Shown here piece after piece: positions 1 through 10,229 of a stretch of DNA of 64,000 nucleotides. This DNA is from a virus. Its lineage: Duplodnaviria; Heunggongvirae; Uroviricota; Caudoviricetes. Under the pieces are notes generated by a model that saw nothing but the letters and a program-made list of their open reading frames with translations, was not told the origin of the DNA and ran no database searches. A program made the position numbers and the translations under genes. The DNA is taken from IMG/VR virus record IMGVR_UViG_2675903313_000009. One strand, written 5' to 3'. Each line of letters opens with the position of its first letter. Positions within the stretch are counted from its first letter, which is position 1.

Positions 1-3
1 GTC

Positions 4-711
4 TTGTCTGAAATGCCGAGAGCGACGAGAATTATCGCTCTCGGTGAGTTCTATTTTATCTCCCGAGGTTTCGATCTAATTCGATTTACCGAATACGAGC
101 TTGTTGATTCGGCCTATGAACGCTGTATTGTTGGCGAGTGTCTTGAGTCATGTGATCCTGATTACCAAGAGCAGGAAGTTAAGCGACTCAAACGTGCTGG
201 TTACACACCTCTTGAGATAGGAGCAGAAATTGAATCCTACAAGTTGCATGTGGGGCAGCCAGTCCAAACAGTCTTCCGCGTGGCCTACTGCGAGTTTCCA
301 ATCAAGGATAAATCTGGAGTAAAAGTCAGCGCCAAGCAGATTAGAGGGGTTTTTACTCATGCTGATTATATGGGATTAGGCATCGCAAGTTTTGCTTACC
401 TTTATCTCGTAGATAAGTATCAGTACTTGGTTTGCGATACGTTACAGACGGTAAAAGGCGCAACTCTTTGGGCTGTGAGTATGCGCAAACATGGACTGGT
501 CGAAATTTACGATACGAAGAACGAAAATTTTATAGAGGAATTGGGTGAGGATGCCTGTGGCGTAAGTGGTTTTATTCCGTGGGATATCGGTAAGTCTGAC
601 GGAGGCCAGATGCGAAGACGTGAAGAGTGGGGGACTAATAAAATCAATCTCACCCCAGGTGCTTGTACTCATATAGTGAACATTCTGACTAAACGATCTA
701 TGAATCAATAA
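4..711 (+). CDS. hypothetical protein; ORF reaches the window edge so the 5' end may be truncated
   Basis: 235-codon ORF on the dominant coding strand, immediately followed by an intrinsic terminator; no recognisable motif. Confidence 0.45.
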   Translation: MSEMPRATRIIALGEFYFISRGFDLIRFTEYELVDSAYERCIVGECLESCDPDYQEQEVKRLKRAGYTPLEIGAEIESYKLHVGQPVQTVFRVAYCEFPIKDKSGVKVSAKQIRGVFTHADYMGLGIASFAYLYLVDKYQYLVCDTLQTVKGATLWAVSMRKHGLVEIYDTKNENFIEELGEDACGVSGFIPWDIGKSDGGQMRRREEWGTNKINLTPGACTHIVNILTKRSMNQ

Positions 712-732
712 ACCCGCTACGGCGGGTTTTTT
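712..732 (+). terminator. rho-independent terminator
   Basis: stem acccgc/gcgggt with 4-nt loop followed by T6. Confidence 0.7.
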
Positions 733-812
733 GTTATTAAGCCCCCCCTATGTACCTATCATTAAACCTTTACACCGCAGCCGTAGGCATTTAGGCTATA
801 TCACATATAAGA

Positions 813-825
813 AAACAAGTTGTTT
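813..825. promoter_or_regulatory. O1 dyad motif AAACAA-N-TTGTTT upstream of parA (candidate operator)
   Basis: aaacaagttgttt about 35 bp upstream of the parA start; same dyad recurs at least 6 more times in the window. Confidence 0.45.
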
Positions 826-860
826 CAGACGATAATTATATACGCAAAGGGAACTCTCCA

Positions 861-1529
861 ATGACCAAGATCTTTGTGGTTGGCGGCACAAAGGGCGGGC
901 CTGGCAAATCCACCGTTGCCCAGCAAATTGCCGTTTGCCTGAAAGTCAAAAAGAAGAAGAAGGTTTATATTACCGATATAGATATTCAGCGCACGACAAC
1001 GAGCTGGTGTGAAGACCGTCGACAGAACGAAGACCTTGAGCTGATTCCTTTTGCATACGTTCAGGATGACATCATTAAGCACCTAAAATCGCTTCAGGGT
1101 AGAGCTGAGTTTGTAGTGGTAGATGCTGGTGGCTTCGACTCCGAAATTCAGCGACAAGCGATGCTGATGGCTGACGTTATCATTATCCCGCTGCGTCCTA
1201 AGCGTCGTGATTTGAAATCTTTACGTGACATCGATCCTATTATCGACAATGTTCGCAATGTAAACGATAAAGTGAAGGTCCGCGCGGTCATGAACCAGTG
1301 CCCGGCTTTGCCATCACAAGTGTCTCGCATTCTGGCGGCTAAAGAGATTGTTGAGACGTTTGGCATCGAGTCTGCGCCAGTCAATCTATATAACCGCAAC
1401 GTCTATGATGATGCGGAAGAGTCTGGTCGTTCTATCTTTGAAATGACCGGTAGCGAGCGCGACAAAAAGGCGGAAGCCGAGTTTGAAGAATTTGTAGATT
1501 ATCTGTTGAGTCTGGAGGAAGAAGAATAA
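861..1529 (+). CDS. parA: ParA/MinD-like partition ATPase
   Basis: deviant Walker A GGTKGGPGKST near N-terminus; about 220 aa; followed by small RHH-type partner with overlapping stop/start. Confidence 0.8.
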   Translation: MTKIFVVGGTKGGPGKSTVAQQIAVCLKVKKKKKVYITDIDIQRTTTSWCEDRRQNEDLELIPFAYVQDDIIKHLKSLQGRAEFVVVDAGGFDSEIQRQAMLMADVIIIPLRPKRRDLKSLRDIDPIIDNVRNVNDKVKVRAVMNQCPALPSQVSRILAAKEIVETFGIESAPVNLYNRNVYDDAEESGRSIFEMTGSERDKKAEAEFEEFVDYLLSLEEEE

Positions 1530-1888
1530 TGTCCATGAAAATGGGTGACCTAGCAAAGCGCAAAGAGCCTGATGCACCGGCTAAGAACACAACTCCTTTG
1601 CGCCAACCAGTCAGACCACAGGGACGCCCGACTCGTGGCAAAGAGAAAATTAAAAGCCGCACAATGTCACTGGAGGACGAATACTTCGAACTGCTGGAGA
1701 TGATGAAGTTCATCCCTCGCTTCGAGAAGTTCACTCGTTCTGACGTGATTCGTGCTGCTATTTTCCATCTTGCGGAGAAGACACCGCAGGAAATCGAGGA
1801 CATCGTGAAACTTAACGAGGCGATCACAGCTGCCGATGTCACGATGCGTACCGATGAAATCAAACGCGAGTTGATGAAGAAAGGTTAA
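1529..1888 (+). CDS. ribbon-helix-helix (ParG/CopG-like) DNA-binding partner of ParA
   Basis: 119 aa, basic disordered N-terminus then predicted beta-alpha-alpha segment (KSRTMSL...EDEYFELLEMMK...RSDVIRAAIFHL); start overlaps parA stop. Confidence 0.5.
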   Translation: MSMKMGDLAKRKEPDAPAKNTTPLRQPVRPQGRPTRGKEKIKSRTMSLEDEYFELLEMMKFIPRFEKFTRSDVIRAAIFHLAEKTPQEIEDIVKLNEAITAADVTMRTDEIKRELMKKG

Positions 1889-1893
1889 TTTTA

Positions 1894-2652
1894 TTGAGGT
1901 GCTGCTTGGCACCTCTTTCTATAGGTTCCCTAATGCTCTACAAATATATTGGAAGTGAAGATTCGCAAAAAGTGTTACGTAACCTCAAACGGTTTGTAGA
2001 GGACGGCACTATCTCTGCTAGCGCACCTTCTTCATTCAACGACCCATCAGAGTTCAAAGTTTCGATAACGATGGGAGGTACAGAAGTGGAGCACCGGAAA
2101 CACTTTGAAGACAATGGATGTAAGGATTTTTCCTTTGAAGACTGGGATGCTGTAGCTCCTGAAGCTGCAAAATCGTTGGCTGTGGATTTGCGGAAAGAAT
2201 CATTAGGGGCTTTTGGTGTGGTGTGCTTGTCACCAAACGAAGATAACATCTTGATGTGGTCACATTACTCAGTGTCGCATAAAGGTTTCTGCATAGGCTT
2301 TGATGATGATTTTGTTACCTCTATTGAGGGGTATCACAGCTTTGATAATGTGAAATATATACCTTCTGTTCCCGTGTTCGATGAAGTTACAGATGAGTTT
2401 AAGGTACTTTTTGATAAGCTCTTTTTCTACAAGCACGAATGCTGGAAATATGAGGAAGAACAAAGGGTTATTACTAAAAAAATAGGCGCTCAGGCATTTG
2501 ATAAGAAATATATTAGAGAGATCATTCTTGGACATAACGTTTCTCCTGAAGTAGAAGAATATGCCCGGACACAGCTAGACACGAGCATCGAGGTTTACAA
2601 AATGAGTACACCTGATGATGGTTATCTTCTTGTCAAAGAAAAGCTGAAGTAG
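1894..2652 (+). CDS. hypothetical accessory protein (motifs reminiscent of DUF2971-type proteins; unverified); alternative ATG start at 1933
   Basis: ORF with lower GC than replication genes; motifs NDPSEF and LMWSHYSVSHKGFCIGF; TTG start at 1894 or ATG at 1933. Confidence 0.5.
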   Translation: MRCCLAPLSIGSLMLYKYIGSEDSQKVLRNLKRFVEDGTISASAPSSFNDPSEFKVSITMGGTEVEHRKHFEDNGCKDFSFEDWDAVAPEAAKSLAVDLRKESLGAFGVVCLSPNEDNILMWSHYSVSHKGFCIGFDDDFVTSIEGYHSFDNVKYIPSVPVFDEVTDEFKVLFDKLFFYKHECWKYEEEQRVITKKIGAQAFDKKYIREIILGHNVSPEVEEYARTQLDTSIEVYKMSTPDDGYLLVKEKLK

Positions 2653-2718
2653 CTCCAGACTTTCCTCAAATGATTATGTTGGGCGCTTTTCTTATTGAAC
2701 TGGTTAGTGAGGCTAATA

Positions 2719-3891
2719 ATGGATTTGTTCTCAACCAAAATAGCAAAAAACAAGCTGCACGAATCTTTTAAACAGATTTATCAAGATAATACATATGCTC
2801 CAGTAAGAGAAGTGATACAGTCGTGGGGGCGTGGGTTACTGGAGCGTAGCGGTGAGCAGACTAAATTCGTTAAAGAGTTTCAGACAACCTTCAATTCCGC
2901 CTTATGGGAATTGTATCTGAACGAAATGTTTATTCGTCTCGATTATTCTGTCGACTACACAAAAGACAGTCCCGATTTCTGTGTTACTACACCGTCAGGC
3001 TACCAGTTTAACGTCGAAGCTGTGATATCAGATCGGCCACATAATCCACCTGCAGGTGTTCTTTTTAGCGAATCAAAATTCAAACATCAATCAACGCTAA
3101 AATTAATCGGAAAAATCAAAGACAAACATGATCTTTTTACAGGAGTTAATGGCAAAAAATTCCCGTACTCTACGATGTCTCATGTAGTTAATAAGCCGTT
3201 TGTTCTGGCGCTTGCACCCTTTGACTCCGATTTATCATTGTCTCAAAATAACACAATCATCAATCGAGTGTTGTTTGGCATTGAGGAACCTACCACCAGA
3301 AATTTGGTGACTGGCAGCCAAACTAAAGTTACCTCAATCAAAAAGAATGAAGACGTTGAAATTCCATTAGGTATATTTACTAACGACTCATATAAAGAAA
3401 TAAGTGCGGTTATTTTCTCCACCACCGGCACTTTTGGAAAAGCCGTGGTTCAAAGCGGTATCGGTAGATATGTAAGGTCAACACGATATCGAGCCATTGA
3501 TGTGAATGATTTCATCGCCAATGAAGGGATGAAAAACGAGGGAAAGCACACACAAAGGATAGGACCTGATCATTTCATCACTACATATCGGCATTTTTTA
3601 AATAACGAAGTCACTGGTGCGGATATTGTAGTTTGTCATTCCACTGCTCATGAAGAGACGCACTTTGACGGCCTTCATATTTACTACAATCCTTTTGCGA
3701 CAGTGCCACTGGACAGAAATATTTTCTTCCCCCCAGAGATAACTCATAATTTTTACGATATGGAAAAAGAACAGTCTGTTCAGAATCATCCTGATGGAGC
3801 GCTGGTATCTAGACAGGTTTTTGAACCAACTAGAGCACATTTTAGGTATATCATGAAACATTGGTTTCCAGGCTTTCTAAAAGATGTTTAA
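2719..3891 (+). CDS. hypothetical accessory protein (ORF open from 2695)
   Basis: ATG at 2719 preceded by GAGG 7 nt upstream; AT-rich coding sequence; no recognisable catalytic motif. Confidence 0.5.
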   Translation: MDLFSTKIAKNKLHESFKQIYQDNTYAPVREVIQSWGRGLLERSGEQTKFVKEFQTTFNSALWELYLNEMFIRLDYSVDYTKDSPDFCVTTPSGYQFNVEAVISDRPHNPPAGVLFSESKFKHQSTLKLIGKIKDKHDLFTGVNGKKFPYSTMSHVVNKPFVLALAPFDSDLSLSQNNTIINRVLFGIEEPTTRNLVTGSQTKVTSIKKNEDVEIPLGIFTNDSYKEISAVIFSTTGTFGKAVVQSGIGRYVRSTRYRAIDVNDFIANEGMKNEGKHTQRIGPDHFITTYRHFLNNEVTGADIVVCHSTAHEETHFDGLHIYYNPFATVPLDRNIFFPPEITHNFYDMEKEQSVQNHPDGALVSRQVFEPTRAHFRYIMKHWFPGFLKDV

Positions 3892-3914
3892 GCATCCTGC
3901 TGGTTGAATTTGGA

Positions 3915-3978
3915 ACCTGCTTCTGTATATAAATACTAAGTTACTTATTATTATTTATACGGAAGCAGGTCTTTTTCT
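3915..3978 (+). terminator. long imperfect hairpin plus T-run; copy 1 of a conserved hairpin element
   Basis: arms acctgcttctgtatataaata / tatttatacggaagcaggt followed by ctttttct; a near-identical element occurs at 50318-50383. Confidence 0.5.
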
Positions 3979-4079
3979 ATGCCAACTTCCCAGACACATT
4001 CCCTTCCGTTTCCACTTCCAAAAACTGCCACCAGTCGCTATCATCCGCTCATTGCAATAAGTAAGTAACTACCTATCTG

Positions 4080-4829
4080 GTGAGCCACATGAGCCAAATC
4101 TTTTTTGATACCATTGACAACGACCAGTACGACTTCATGACAGAGTGGAATACCGCTGTTATGGACAAGTGGGTCGCTGAAAACATTGGTTTGTCGCGCT
4201 GCAAAGACGAGGCTGAACTCTTCGAGACGAAGTGGTTTGATTACCGCGATATGCATCCTCTCATGGCCACCTGTCTGTTTACGGAGGCGTACAAACGTCA
4301 GTACTCAAATATCATGCTGACGCACGGTCGCGAACACTTTGAAACAGCTCCGTTCACCACCGGGTTAAAACGCCTGCCTTATCAGGAGTTGTCGACTGCC
4401 AATAAAACGTCGCTATGGAAAGCACGCCAGTTTGCTGATCGCTATTGCTGTTCATACGACTACTTTATCTCCACGGTTCTTTCCGCAGCTGCACGGCGTC
4501 TGTGGGACAAGTTGCCGCGCCCACAGCATTTATGGCAGCCAGAACTGGTTGAGATATTCGAAGAGAAATTATCCAGACGCGCAACAACCCGTCTGGATGA
4601 CTCTCTGGTTAGCTTTAAGCATATGGGAGACATGCAGTTCAACCCGATTCAGGAAAGCTATTTTGAGTGGATTCTGGAGCGTTTGCGCATCATCCCCCGC
4701 AGCAAGCGCATACGCGCAATTTTCTCTGCTATCTGGCTAATGGAAATCGTTCCAGAGCGCCTTATTTCCGCCCACTTTCCAGAAGAACTGGAAGAAGCAC
4801 GGCGGTTTATTGATCCCCTATCTAATTAA
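4080..4829 (+). CDS. hypothetical protein
   Basis: 249-codon ORF on coding strand; alternative ATG at 4089; no recognisable motif. Confidence 0.5.
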   Translation: MSHMSQIFFDTIDNDQYDFMTEWNTAVMDKWVAENIGLSRCKDEAELFETKWFDYRDMHPLMATCLFTEAYKRQYSNIMLTHGREHFETAPFTTGLKRLPYQELSTANKTSLWKARQFADRYCCSYDYFISTVLSAAARRLWDKLPRPQHLWQPELVEIFEEKLSRRATTRLDDSLVSFKHMGDMQFNPIQESYFEWILERLRIIPRSKRIRAIFSAIWLMEIVPERLISAHFPEELEEARRFIDPLSN

Positions 4830-4841
4830 CTAATACTAGAA

Positions 4842-4854
4842 AACAATTTGTTTA
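4842..4854. promoter_or_regulatory. O1 dyad motif (candidate operator) upstream of helicase gene
   Basis: agaaaacaatttgtttaaaa about 20 bp upstream of the ATG at 4873. Confidence 0.45.
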
Positions 4855-4872
4855 AAAAACAAAGGAAAGCAC

Positions 4873-6213
4873 ATGACCGAACTTTGCCATACAGGACGCG
4901 GGCTGTCCGAAGAGTTTGATGAAGATTTCCAGAACAGACTGACGGCATATTTTTGTCGTGATCACGAGTTTCTTACTCGTGCGGGAGATCTGGTTGTGCC
5001 TAGCCAATTTGCCAATGCGGCCAATGCCATATTGGTTAATATGGTTTCGGGCTATTACCGTATGTACAAGAGCGCGCCTTCTTCATCTGCGATTCTGGAT
5101 ATGCTTAAGCGCGCGAAACGCGATAAGACCATCCGTGAGGAACTCTTCCCGGATGTTGTTGCTGCGTTTAAGCGCATCCTTGCAGAAAAATTGTCTGATA
5201 CCACGTACATGGTTGACCAGGTATCCACATTCGCAAAAAGTGTAGCGTTTGATGATGCTCTGATTAAAGCTGCTGAACTGAAAGAGAAGGGCGACTTTCA
5301 GGGGGCGATGGCAATCATGGCCAAGGTTCAGCAGATAGGCTCGAACGAAGCGACCGGAATCTATGACTACTACACCTCCGCAAGTGAGCGATTGAAAGCG
5401 CGTGAATATGAGGCTTCAGAGGAGTATGTGCCAAACAGCATTACAACTGGACTCCCTCTGCTCGATAGGTTGCTGTACCAAAAAGGCTGGGCGAAGCGTG
5501 AAATGGTGCTCTTCATGGGGTTCGCTAAATCCGGCAAATCGACCGCAATGGGTGAGTTTTCCATAAACGCAACGCTTGCTGGCTACAATGTTCTGTATCT
5601 CTCGCTGGAGGTTCACACCACCATTTTATCCGACCGTTTTGATGCAAGATTGTCGGAGACAGAAATGTCCAAGCTGGTGGAACGGCGCGATGAGGTTCAT
5701 CGTAAGTTGGCAGAGTTGGGAGCCACGAAGGGGATTGGTAGTTTGTGGGTGGTTGAGCGTCCGTCAGGAAGTATGTCACCGGCAGATCTGGACCGTATGC
5801 TTAACAGCATGAAAGCCAACGGCATGGTGCCTGACATGGTTGTTGTCGACTACGCAGATTTGATGCGTGCCAGTTATGACCTTCGTGATGATCGCGCCAA
5901 CATTCGTAGTATCTACACCGATTTACGTGCTCTTTATGACAAGCATAACGTTGCTGGGATTACGGCATCGCAGACAAACCGTGAAGGTGGCGCGTCAGAA
6001 GTTGCCACAATGATGCACGCTGCCGACAACATCGAAAAAGTACGTATTGCTGACCTGGTAATAACGATCAACAAAACCGAAGAAGAAGAAGCGAAAGGAG
6101 AGGCTCGTCTCTACTTTGCTGGTTCACGTAACCAGCAGGGAGGGATCAGCATTCGCGTTAAACAAAACCTCGAACAAATGCGCTTCATTGAGCGAATCTT
6201 AGACGTTACCTAA
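4873..6213 (+). CDS. replicative DNA helicase (DnaB/T7 gp4-like RecA-fold)
   Basis: Walker A GFAKSGKST, Walker B MVVVDYADLM, arginine-finger-like TASQTNREG; conserved start context aaggaaagcacATG. Confidence 0.8.
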   Translation: MTELCHTGRGLSEEFDEDFQNRLTAYFCRDHEFLTRAGDLVVPSQFANAANAILVNMVSGYYRMYKSAPSSSAILDMLKRAKRDKTIREELFPDVVAAFKRILAEKLSDTTYMVDQVSTFAKSVAFDDALIKAAELKEKGDFQGAMAIMAKVQQIGSNEATGIYDYYTSASERLKAREYEASEEYVPNSITTGLPLLDRLLYQKGWAKREMVLFMGFAKSGKSTAMGEFSINATLAGYNVLYLSLEVHTTILSDRFDARLSETEMSKLVERRDEVHRKLAELGATKGIGSLWVVERPSGSMSPADLDRMLNSMKANGMVPDMVVVDYADLMRASYDLRDDRANIRSIYTDLRALYDKHNVAGITASQTNREGGASEVATMMHAADNIEKVRIADLVITINKTEEEEAKGEARLYFAGSRNQQGGISIRVKQNLEQMRFIERILDVT

Positions 6214-6294
6214 AAAATAAGCGTGGAGAACACCTCCACGCTTGATTCATTGGTGAAACAACTTTTCTTTTGCCAAACCACAAAAGAAAAACAC

Positions 6295-7476
6295 ATGAAC
6301 CTTTATATTATATCAACATTTAGGTTGGTCACAATATTGCCTATTAAAAGTGGAATTATCGTGAGCGAGCTGAAAGAGCTAATTACCGAATTAGATTTTG
6401 AACAATGGTTGGACACTGAAGGTATCGTTTATCGACGTGGAGGCGTGAGTGCTCGCGGTCGTGAAGTGAATATCAAGGAGTGTCCGGTATGTGGCAGCTC
6501 CAACTGGAAGGTATATTTCAATCTGACCAGTGGCGTCGGCAAATGCTTTGCTGGTGATCATCCCGAAGAGATTCAGTTCAATAAGCTGATCTTCCTCAAG
6601 CACTACAGCGGTAAATCACGACGACAGTTCGAGGAATATGTGCAGAACGCGCTGATCTCACAAGGATGGGCGCCGAAGAAGGAAGAGGTCGTGCTGGCCA
6701 GCAAGGTTGAACTCGAAGGGCCAGTAGCTCTCCCTCGACATTACGAACTCCCCATTGACGGTCGTCTTCCTGATTATCTGGTGGAGCGCCATATCTCCCC
6801 GGATCTGGCCAAATACTTTGATCTGCGTTACTGCGTCGAAGGCAAGCACGCATACGTCGATCCGTACACAGACCAGGTCAAAGGGCAGGTGTTTGATATG
6901 CGCATCCTGATACCGGTTTACGATCTGGATGGCGTGATGAAGACCTTCCAGGGGCGTGACATTACCGGTGCAGCAGAACGTCGCTACCTCTTTCCTATGC
7001 AGCTTCCAGCTTCAGGTAGGTTTCTCTACAACGGCCATAATGCAGTCGGCAAACAGACTGTAGTTGTCTGTGAGGGGGCGTTCGATGTTATGGGGGTCAA
7101 ACGAGCTATTTTTGACGAAGAAACATTACGTGATTACGTGGAACCAATAGGAACGTTCGGGATGCATCTATCTGGTAACACCACTCAGGATGCAGAAGAT
7201 CAGCTGGGCGCGTTCCTGACGCTCAAGGCGCGTGGGCTACGTAATGTGATTATGATGTGGGATAGTGAAAAGCAGGCTATACGCAACACTATGGCCGCAG
7301 CCAGGCGACTGAGCAGTATTGGTCTTAATGTGAAAATTGCATGTTTGGGCGAGGAAGGACTCGACCCCGGCGATGCGACCCCGGGGCAGATTATCAAAGC
7401 CTACTATTGCGCAAAACCTTACTCACGACAGCTTGAACTTTTAAGCAAGGTAAAAGGCATAGCTGCATTAGTTTGA
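6295..7476 (+). CDS. DNA primase (zinc ribbon plus TOPRIM-like); ORF open from 6223, alternative GTG start at 6361
   Basis: CPVCGSSNW...KCFAGDH zinc-binding motif, acidic VVVCEGAFDVMGV and MMWDSE segments; start context aaagaaaaacacATG. Confidence 0.6.
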   Translation: MNLYIISTFRLVTILPIKSGIIVSELKELITELDFEQWLDTEGIVYRRGGVSARGREVNIKECPVCGSSNWKVYFNLTSGVGKCFAGDHPEEIQFNKLIFLKHYSGKSRRQFEEYVQNALISQGWAPKKEEVVLASKVELEGPVALPRHYELPIDGRLPDYLVERHISPDLAKYFDLRYCVEGKHAYVDPYTDQVKGQVFDMRILIPVYDLDGVMKTFQGRDITGAAERRYLFPMQLPASGRFLYNGHNAVGKQTVVVCEGAFDVMGVKRAIFDEETLRDYVEPIGTFGMHLSGNTTQDAEDQLGAFLTLKARGLRNVIMMWDSEKQAIRNTMAAARRLSSIGLNVKIACLGEEGLDPGDATPGQIIKAYYCAKPYSRQLELLSKVKGIAALV

Positions 7477-8613
7477 ACCAGTATTAGTCACATACACATT
7501 GACCGAAAATGATTTAACTTCAGTATTGAAGTTGTCAGTCATTACCGCGAGGTAGGCATTTTTGGTATCTCTGAATTGCTTCAGGATGATTTGAACGTTA
7601 TCTGTGCAAACAAACGAGGTAGCCAGATTGCCTCCTTTCTCTGAAAAATCCTTCAGGAATGTGCAGTCAACTTTGCCATCATTAGCGGTGAAGGTAGCAT
7701 CATCACCCTGCCAGGTAAATGTAGCGTTAACGCCCTTATCAATGGATTTAGCAATAAGTCGCTGGGTGGCGGATTTTGTTTTGGCTTTGGAAGCCGGCGC
7801 TCGATATTTGCCGCTTTCTTTCAGTTCTGCAATGTAATCGCAGCCTCTTTTTTCTCCTTTATCGCAAGCAGTCTGATAAAGGTCGGCTGCTTTTTTATAG
7901 TCCTTTTTTACACCTTCCCCATTCTCATACATAATGCCAAGATTGGTTATGGCGTCGGCGTTTCCAAGTTCCGCTGCCTTTTTATACCACTTAACTGCTT
8001 CTGCATCATTGCGTTTAACGCCTAACCCATCATCGTATAGTATTCCTAATCCTATCATAGCTTCTGAACTGCCTTGGTCTGCCGCCTTTTTGTAATAAGT
8101 AAAAGCCTTTTTATAATTCTTTTTAACGCCTTTACCATATTGGTAATACGCCCCAAGAACTGAAGTTGCTTTAACATACCCGGCATCAGAGGCTAGTTTG
8201 AAGTATTTAATGGCGAGTGCATGATCTACTTTACCAAGCAACCCCTTTTGATAAATAGCACCAAGATTGTTGTAGGCTCTACCTTCACGAGCATCCCCCG
8301 CAAGTTTGTAGTACTCAACAGCTTTATTTAGGTCTTTATCTACACCCTCGCCAAATGTGTACATAACCCCAAGTGCATAATATGCTACTTTGTCTCCCTT
8401 TTCTGCAGCGAGATCAATCCACTTCTTGGCCTCAACTACATCCTTATCAAAACCATTGATACCATCAAAATAATTTGTCCCTAACTCACTTTGTGCTGCG
8501 GTATCCCCTGCGGTAGCGGCTTCTATCAGCGTTTGTTTATTGTCTGCGTTAACGAATCCAGAGCTAAAAAGCAAAGTTAATGCCAGCAACGATGAAGATT
8601 TTATGTATTTCAT
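7468..8613 (-). CDS. Sel1-repeat (TPR-like) secreted protein
   Basis: N-terminal signal peptide MKYIKSSSLLALTLLFSSGFVNA; about 7 repeats of G-x-G-V-x-K-D/N-x-x-K-A-x-x-W/Y-Y-K-x-A; opposite strand to neighbours. Confidence 0.8.
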   Translation of the reverse strand: MKYIKSSSLLALTLLFSSGFVNADNKQTLIEAATAGDTAAQSELGTNYFDGINGFDKDVVEAKKWIDLAAEKGDKVAYYALGVMYTFGEGVDKDLNKAVEYYKLAGDAREGRAYNNLGAIYQKGLLGKVDHALAIKYFKLASDAGYVKATSVLGAYYQYGKGVKKNYKKAFTYYKKAADQGSSEAMIGLGILYDDGLGVKRNDAEAVKWYKKAAELGNADAITNLGIMYENGEGVKKDYKKAADLYQTACDKGEKRGCDYIAELKESGKYRAPASKAKTKSATQRLIAKSIDKGVNATFTWQGDDATFTANDGKVDCTFLKDFSEKGGNLATSFVCTDNVQIILKQFRDTKNAYLAVMTDNFNTEVKSFSVNVYVTNTGSN

Positions 8614-8846
8614 ATTTTTTGTTCTGTTGATATAGGATGAACAGTTTAGACGCGGCAAGCGTCAAGTGTGCGAAAAAGGGTACTTAAATTTAGTTAATAT
8701 GTCAGCTTTGTTGATTTAGTTTATGGTCGGTAAAGTTACTAGGAAACTAATAACCATAAGAAATAGTACGCCATTTAATTATTGTGGCACTGCTCGTGTT
8801 TTGATTAACTAATACCTGCGATAAATATAAATAAAGGGAAGCCAAC

Positions 8847-9260
8847 ATGAGCAAAAATAAGCTGATTTTAACAGGAGCTTTATTGTCTTTGTTTGCTTTA
8901 GTGGGGTGTAAGCCTACAGACGAGAAGGCTATTGCTCTGGGCCAACAAGCAATTGCGGATGATATGAAAGATCCCACGTCGGTGATGTTTAGGAAAGATA
9001 AGTTTGTCAGGACTGATCATGACGATGGGAGTGTGACAGGCTTTGTGTGCGGAGAATTGAACGCCAAAAATGGCTTTGGTGCATACGTGGGCTATCACTC
9101 ATATGTTGTTGAACTCGAAATGAAGCCAAAGGGCATGTTTTCGAAAGGGGTGGTATACAAAATCCTATCGAAGTCGTTGGCACCTAATGATCCTCATGAC
9201 TTACAGCGTTATAAGCAGGTCTACAGAAAGATGTGCAACAGTGAGGCTGTAGCTCATTAA
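8847..9260 (+). CDS. lipoprotein (candidate superinfection-exclusion type)
   Basis: signal peptide with lipobox LVGC; 137 aa; divergent from the Sel1 gene. Confidence 0.65.
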   Translation: MSKNKLILTGALLSLFALVGCKPTDEKAIALGQQAIADDMKDPTSVMFRKDKFVRTDHDDGSVTGFVCGELNAKNGFGAYVGYHSYVVELEMKPKGMFSKGVVYKILSKSLAPNDPHDLQRYKQVYRKMCNSEAVAH

Positions 9261-9385
9261 TGGTGAATGCCGGGCAGACTATAAGCCCGGCATCTTCGTA
9301 TAGGGAACTATTGCGCCTAAAATGATAAGTAGATACATACTTAGTTTTTTGTAAGAATACTTTCATCTGTTAGCTAGGAGTTGGT

Positions 9386-10162
9386 ATGAAAGACGAAATT
9401 CAGAAATTGGCCTGTGACATCATTGATAAAACAGGTTTAGAAATCAGCGAGGGCAGTCGACTAGACATCATTGGAAAGGCCGTCAATACAGCAATGAATC
9501 ATATCGCTGCTCGTATGGACGAGATCCCGCTACCAGGGTTGCCTTATCTGAAAGTTGAGTTACACGTATGGGGCGAACCTTCTTGTGCACGGCGTTCTGC
9601 ATTAGTTGTTTTTATTAGCAAAGAAAACCCGCTCAGTCTTAAAGTGCAGGTTGGAGCATGGCTTGATGGCAGAGTGATCTACACAAATACCGTTTTTTGT
9701 CTTTCAAACGACGAAACTATTGAAGCGGCCATTCAAGAAGCAGTTCTAGCAATGCGCAGCAGCGGTTTGATGAAGAATAACTACGAAGAGTACTTGCGTT
9801 CGATAAGTGGTGAAAAGACATTATCTCTGAAAGCAGATTTCGTTACCCCGAAAAATCTGTTGGAAGTTTTGATTAATAAAGGGGCTAATAGTGCCGTAAA
9901 TGTAATCAGAGAGAGTGAATACGCGTCTCTTTGGGATATGTGCAAAAGCCAGTTGGATCTTGTGCATATCGTTGTAGATGCGGGGAAGGCTTGTGATGGC
10001 GTAATGGCGGAATTTACTGGGAAGATGGTCAGGATTGCTAACGAATTACCGATGATTAAACAAGAGGCTAAATCATACGCCACCAATCATGTCACAGAGC
10101 TTCTTGCCCCTTATCGCTTAGAAAGCGATCAGCGCAAGATGATTAGCTGGGGAAGTTGGTAA
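9386..10162 (+). CDS. hypothetical protein
   Basis: 258-codon ORF on coding strand, RBS-like aggag upstream. Confidence 0.5.
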   Translation: MKDEIQKLACDIIDKTGLEISEGSRLDIIGKAVNTAMNHIAARMDEIPLPGLPYLKVELHVWGEPSCARRSALVVFISKENPLSLKVQVGAWLDGRVIYTNTVFCLSNDETIEAAIQEAVLAMRSSGLMKNNYEEYLRSISGEKTLSLKADFVTPKNLLEVLINKGANSAVNVIRESEYASLWDMCKSQLDLVHIVVDAGKACDGVMAEFTGKMVRIANELPMIKQEAKSYATNHVTELLAPYRLESDQRKMISWGSW

Positions 10163-10229
10163 GCTCTCTGTGTGTCGTTTTTTACGCAAACAATGATAGG
10201 TAAGCACAAGATTATTTCTGGCGGTAATT

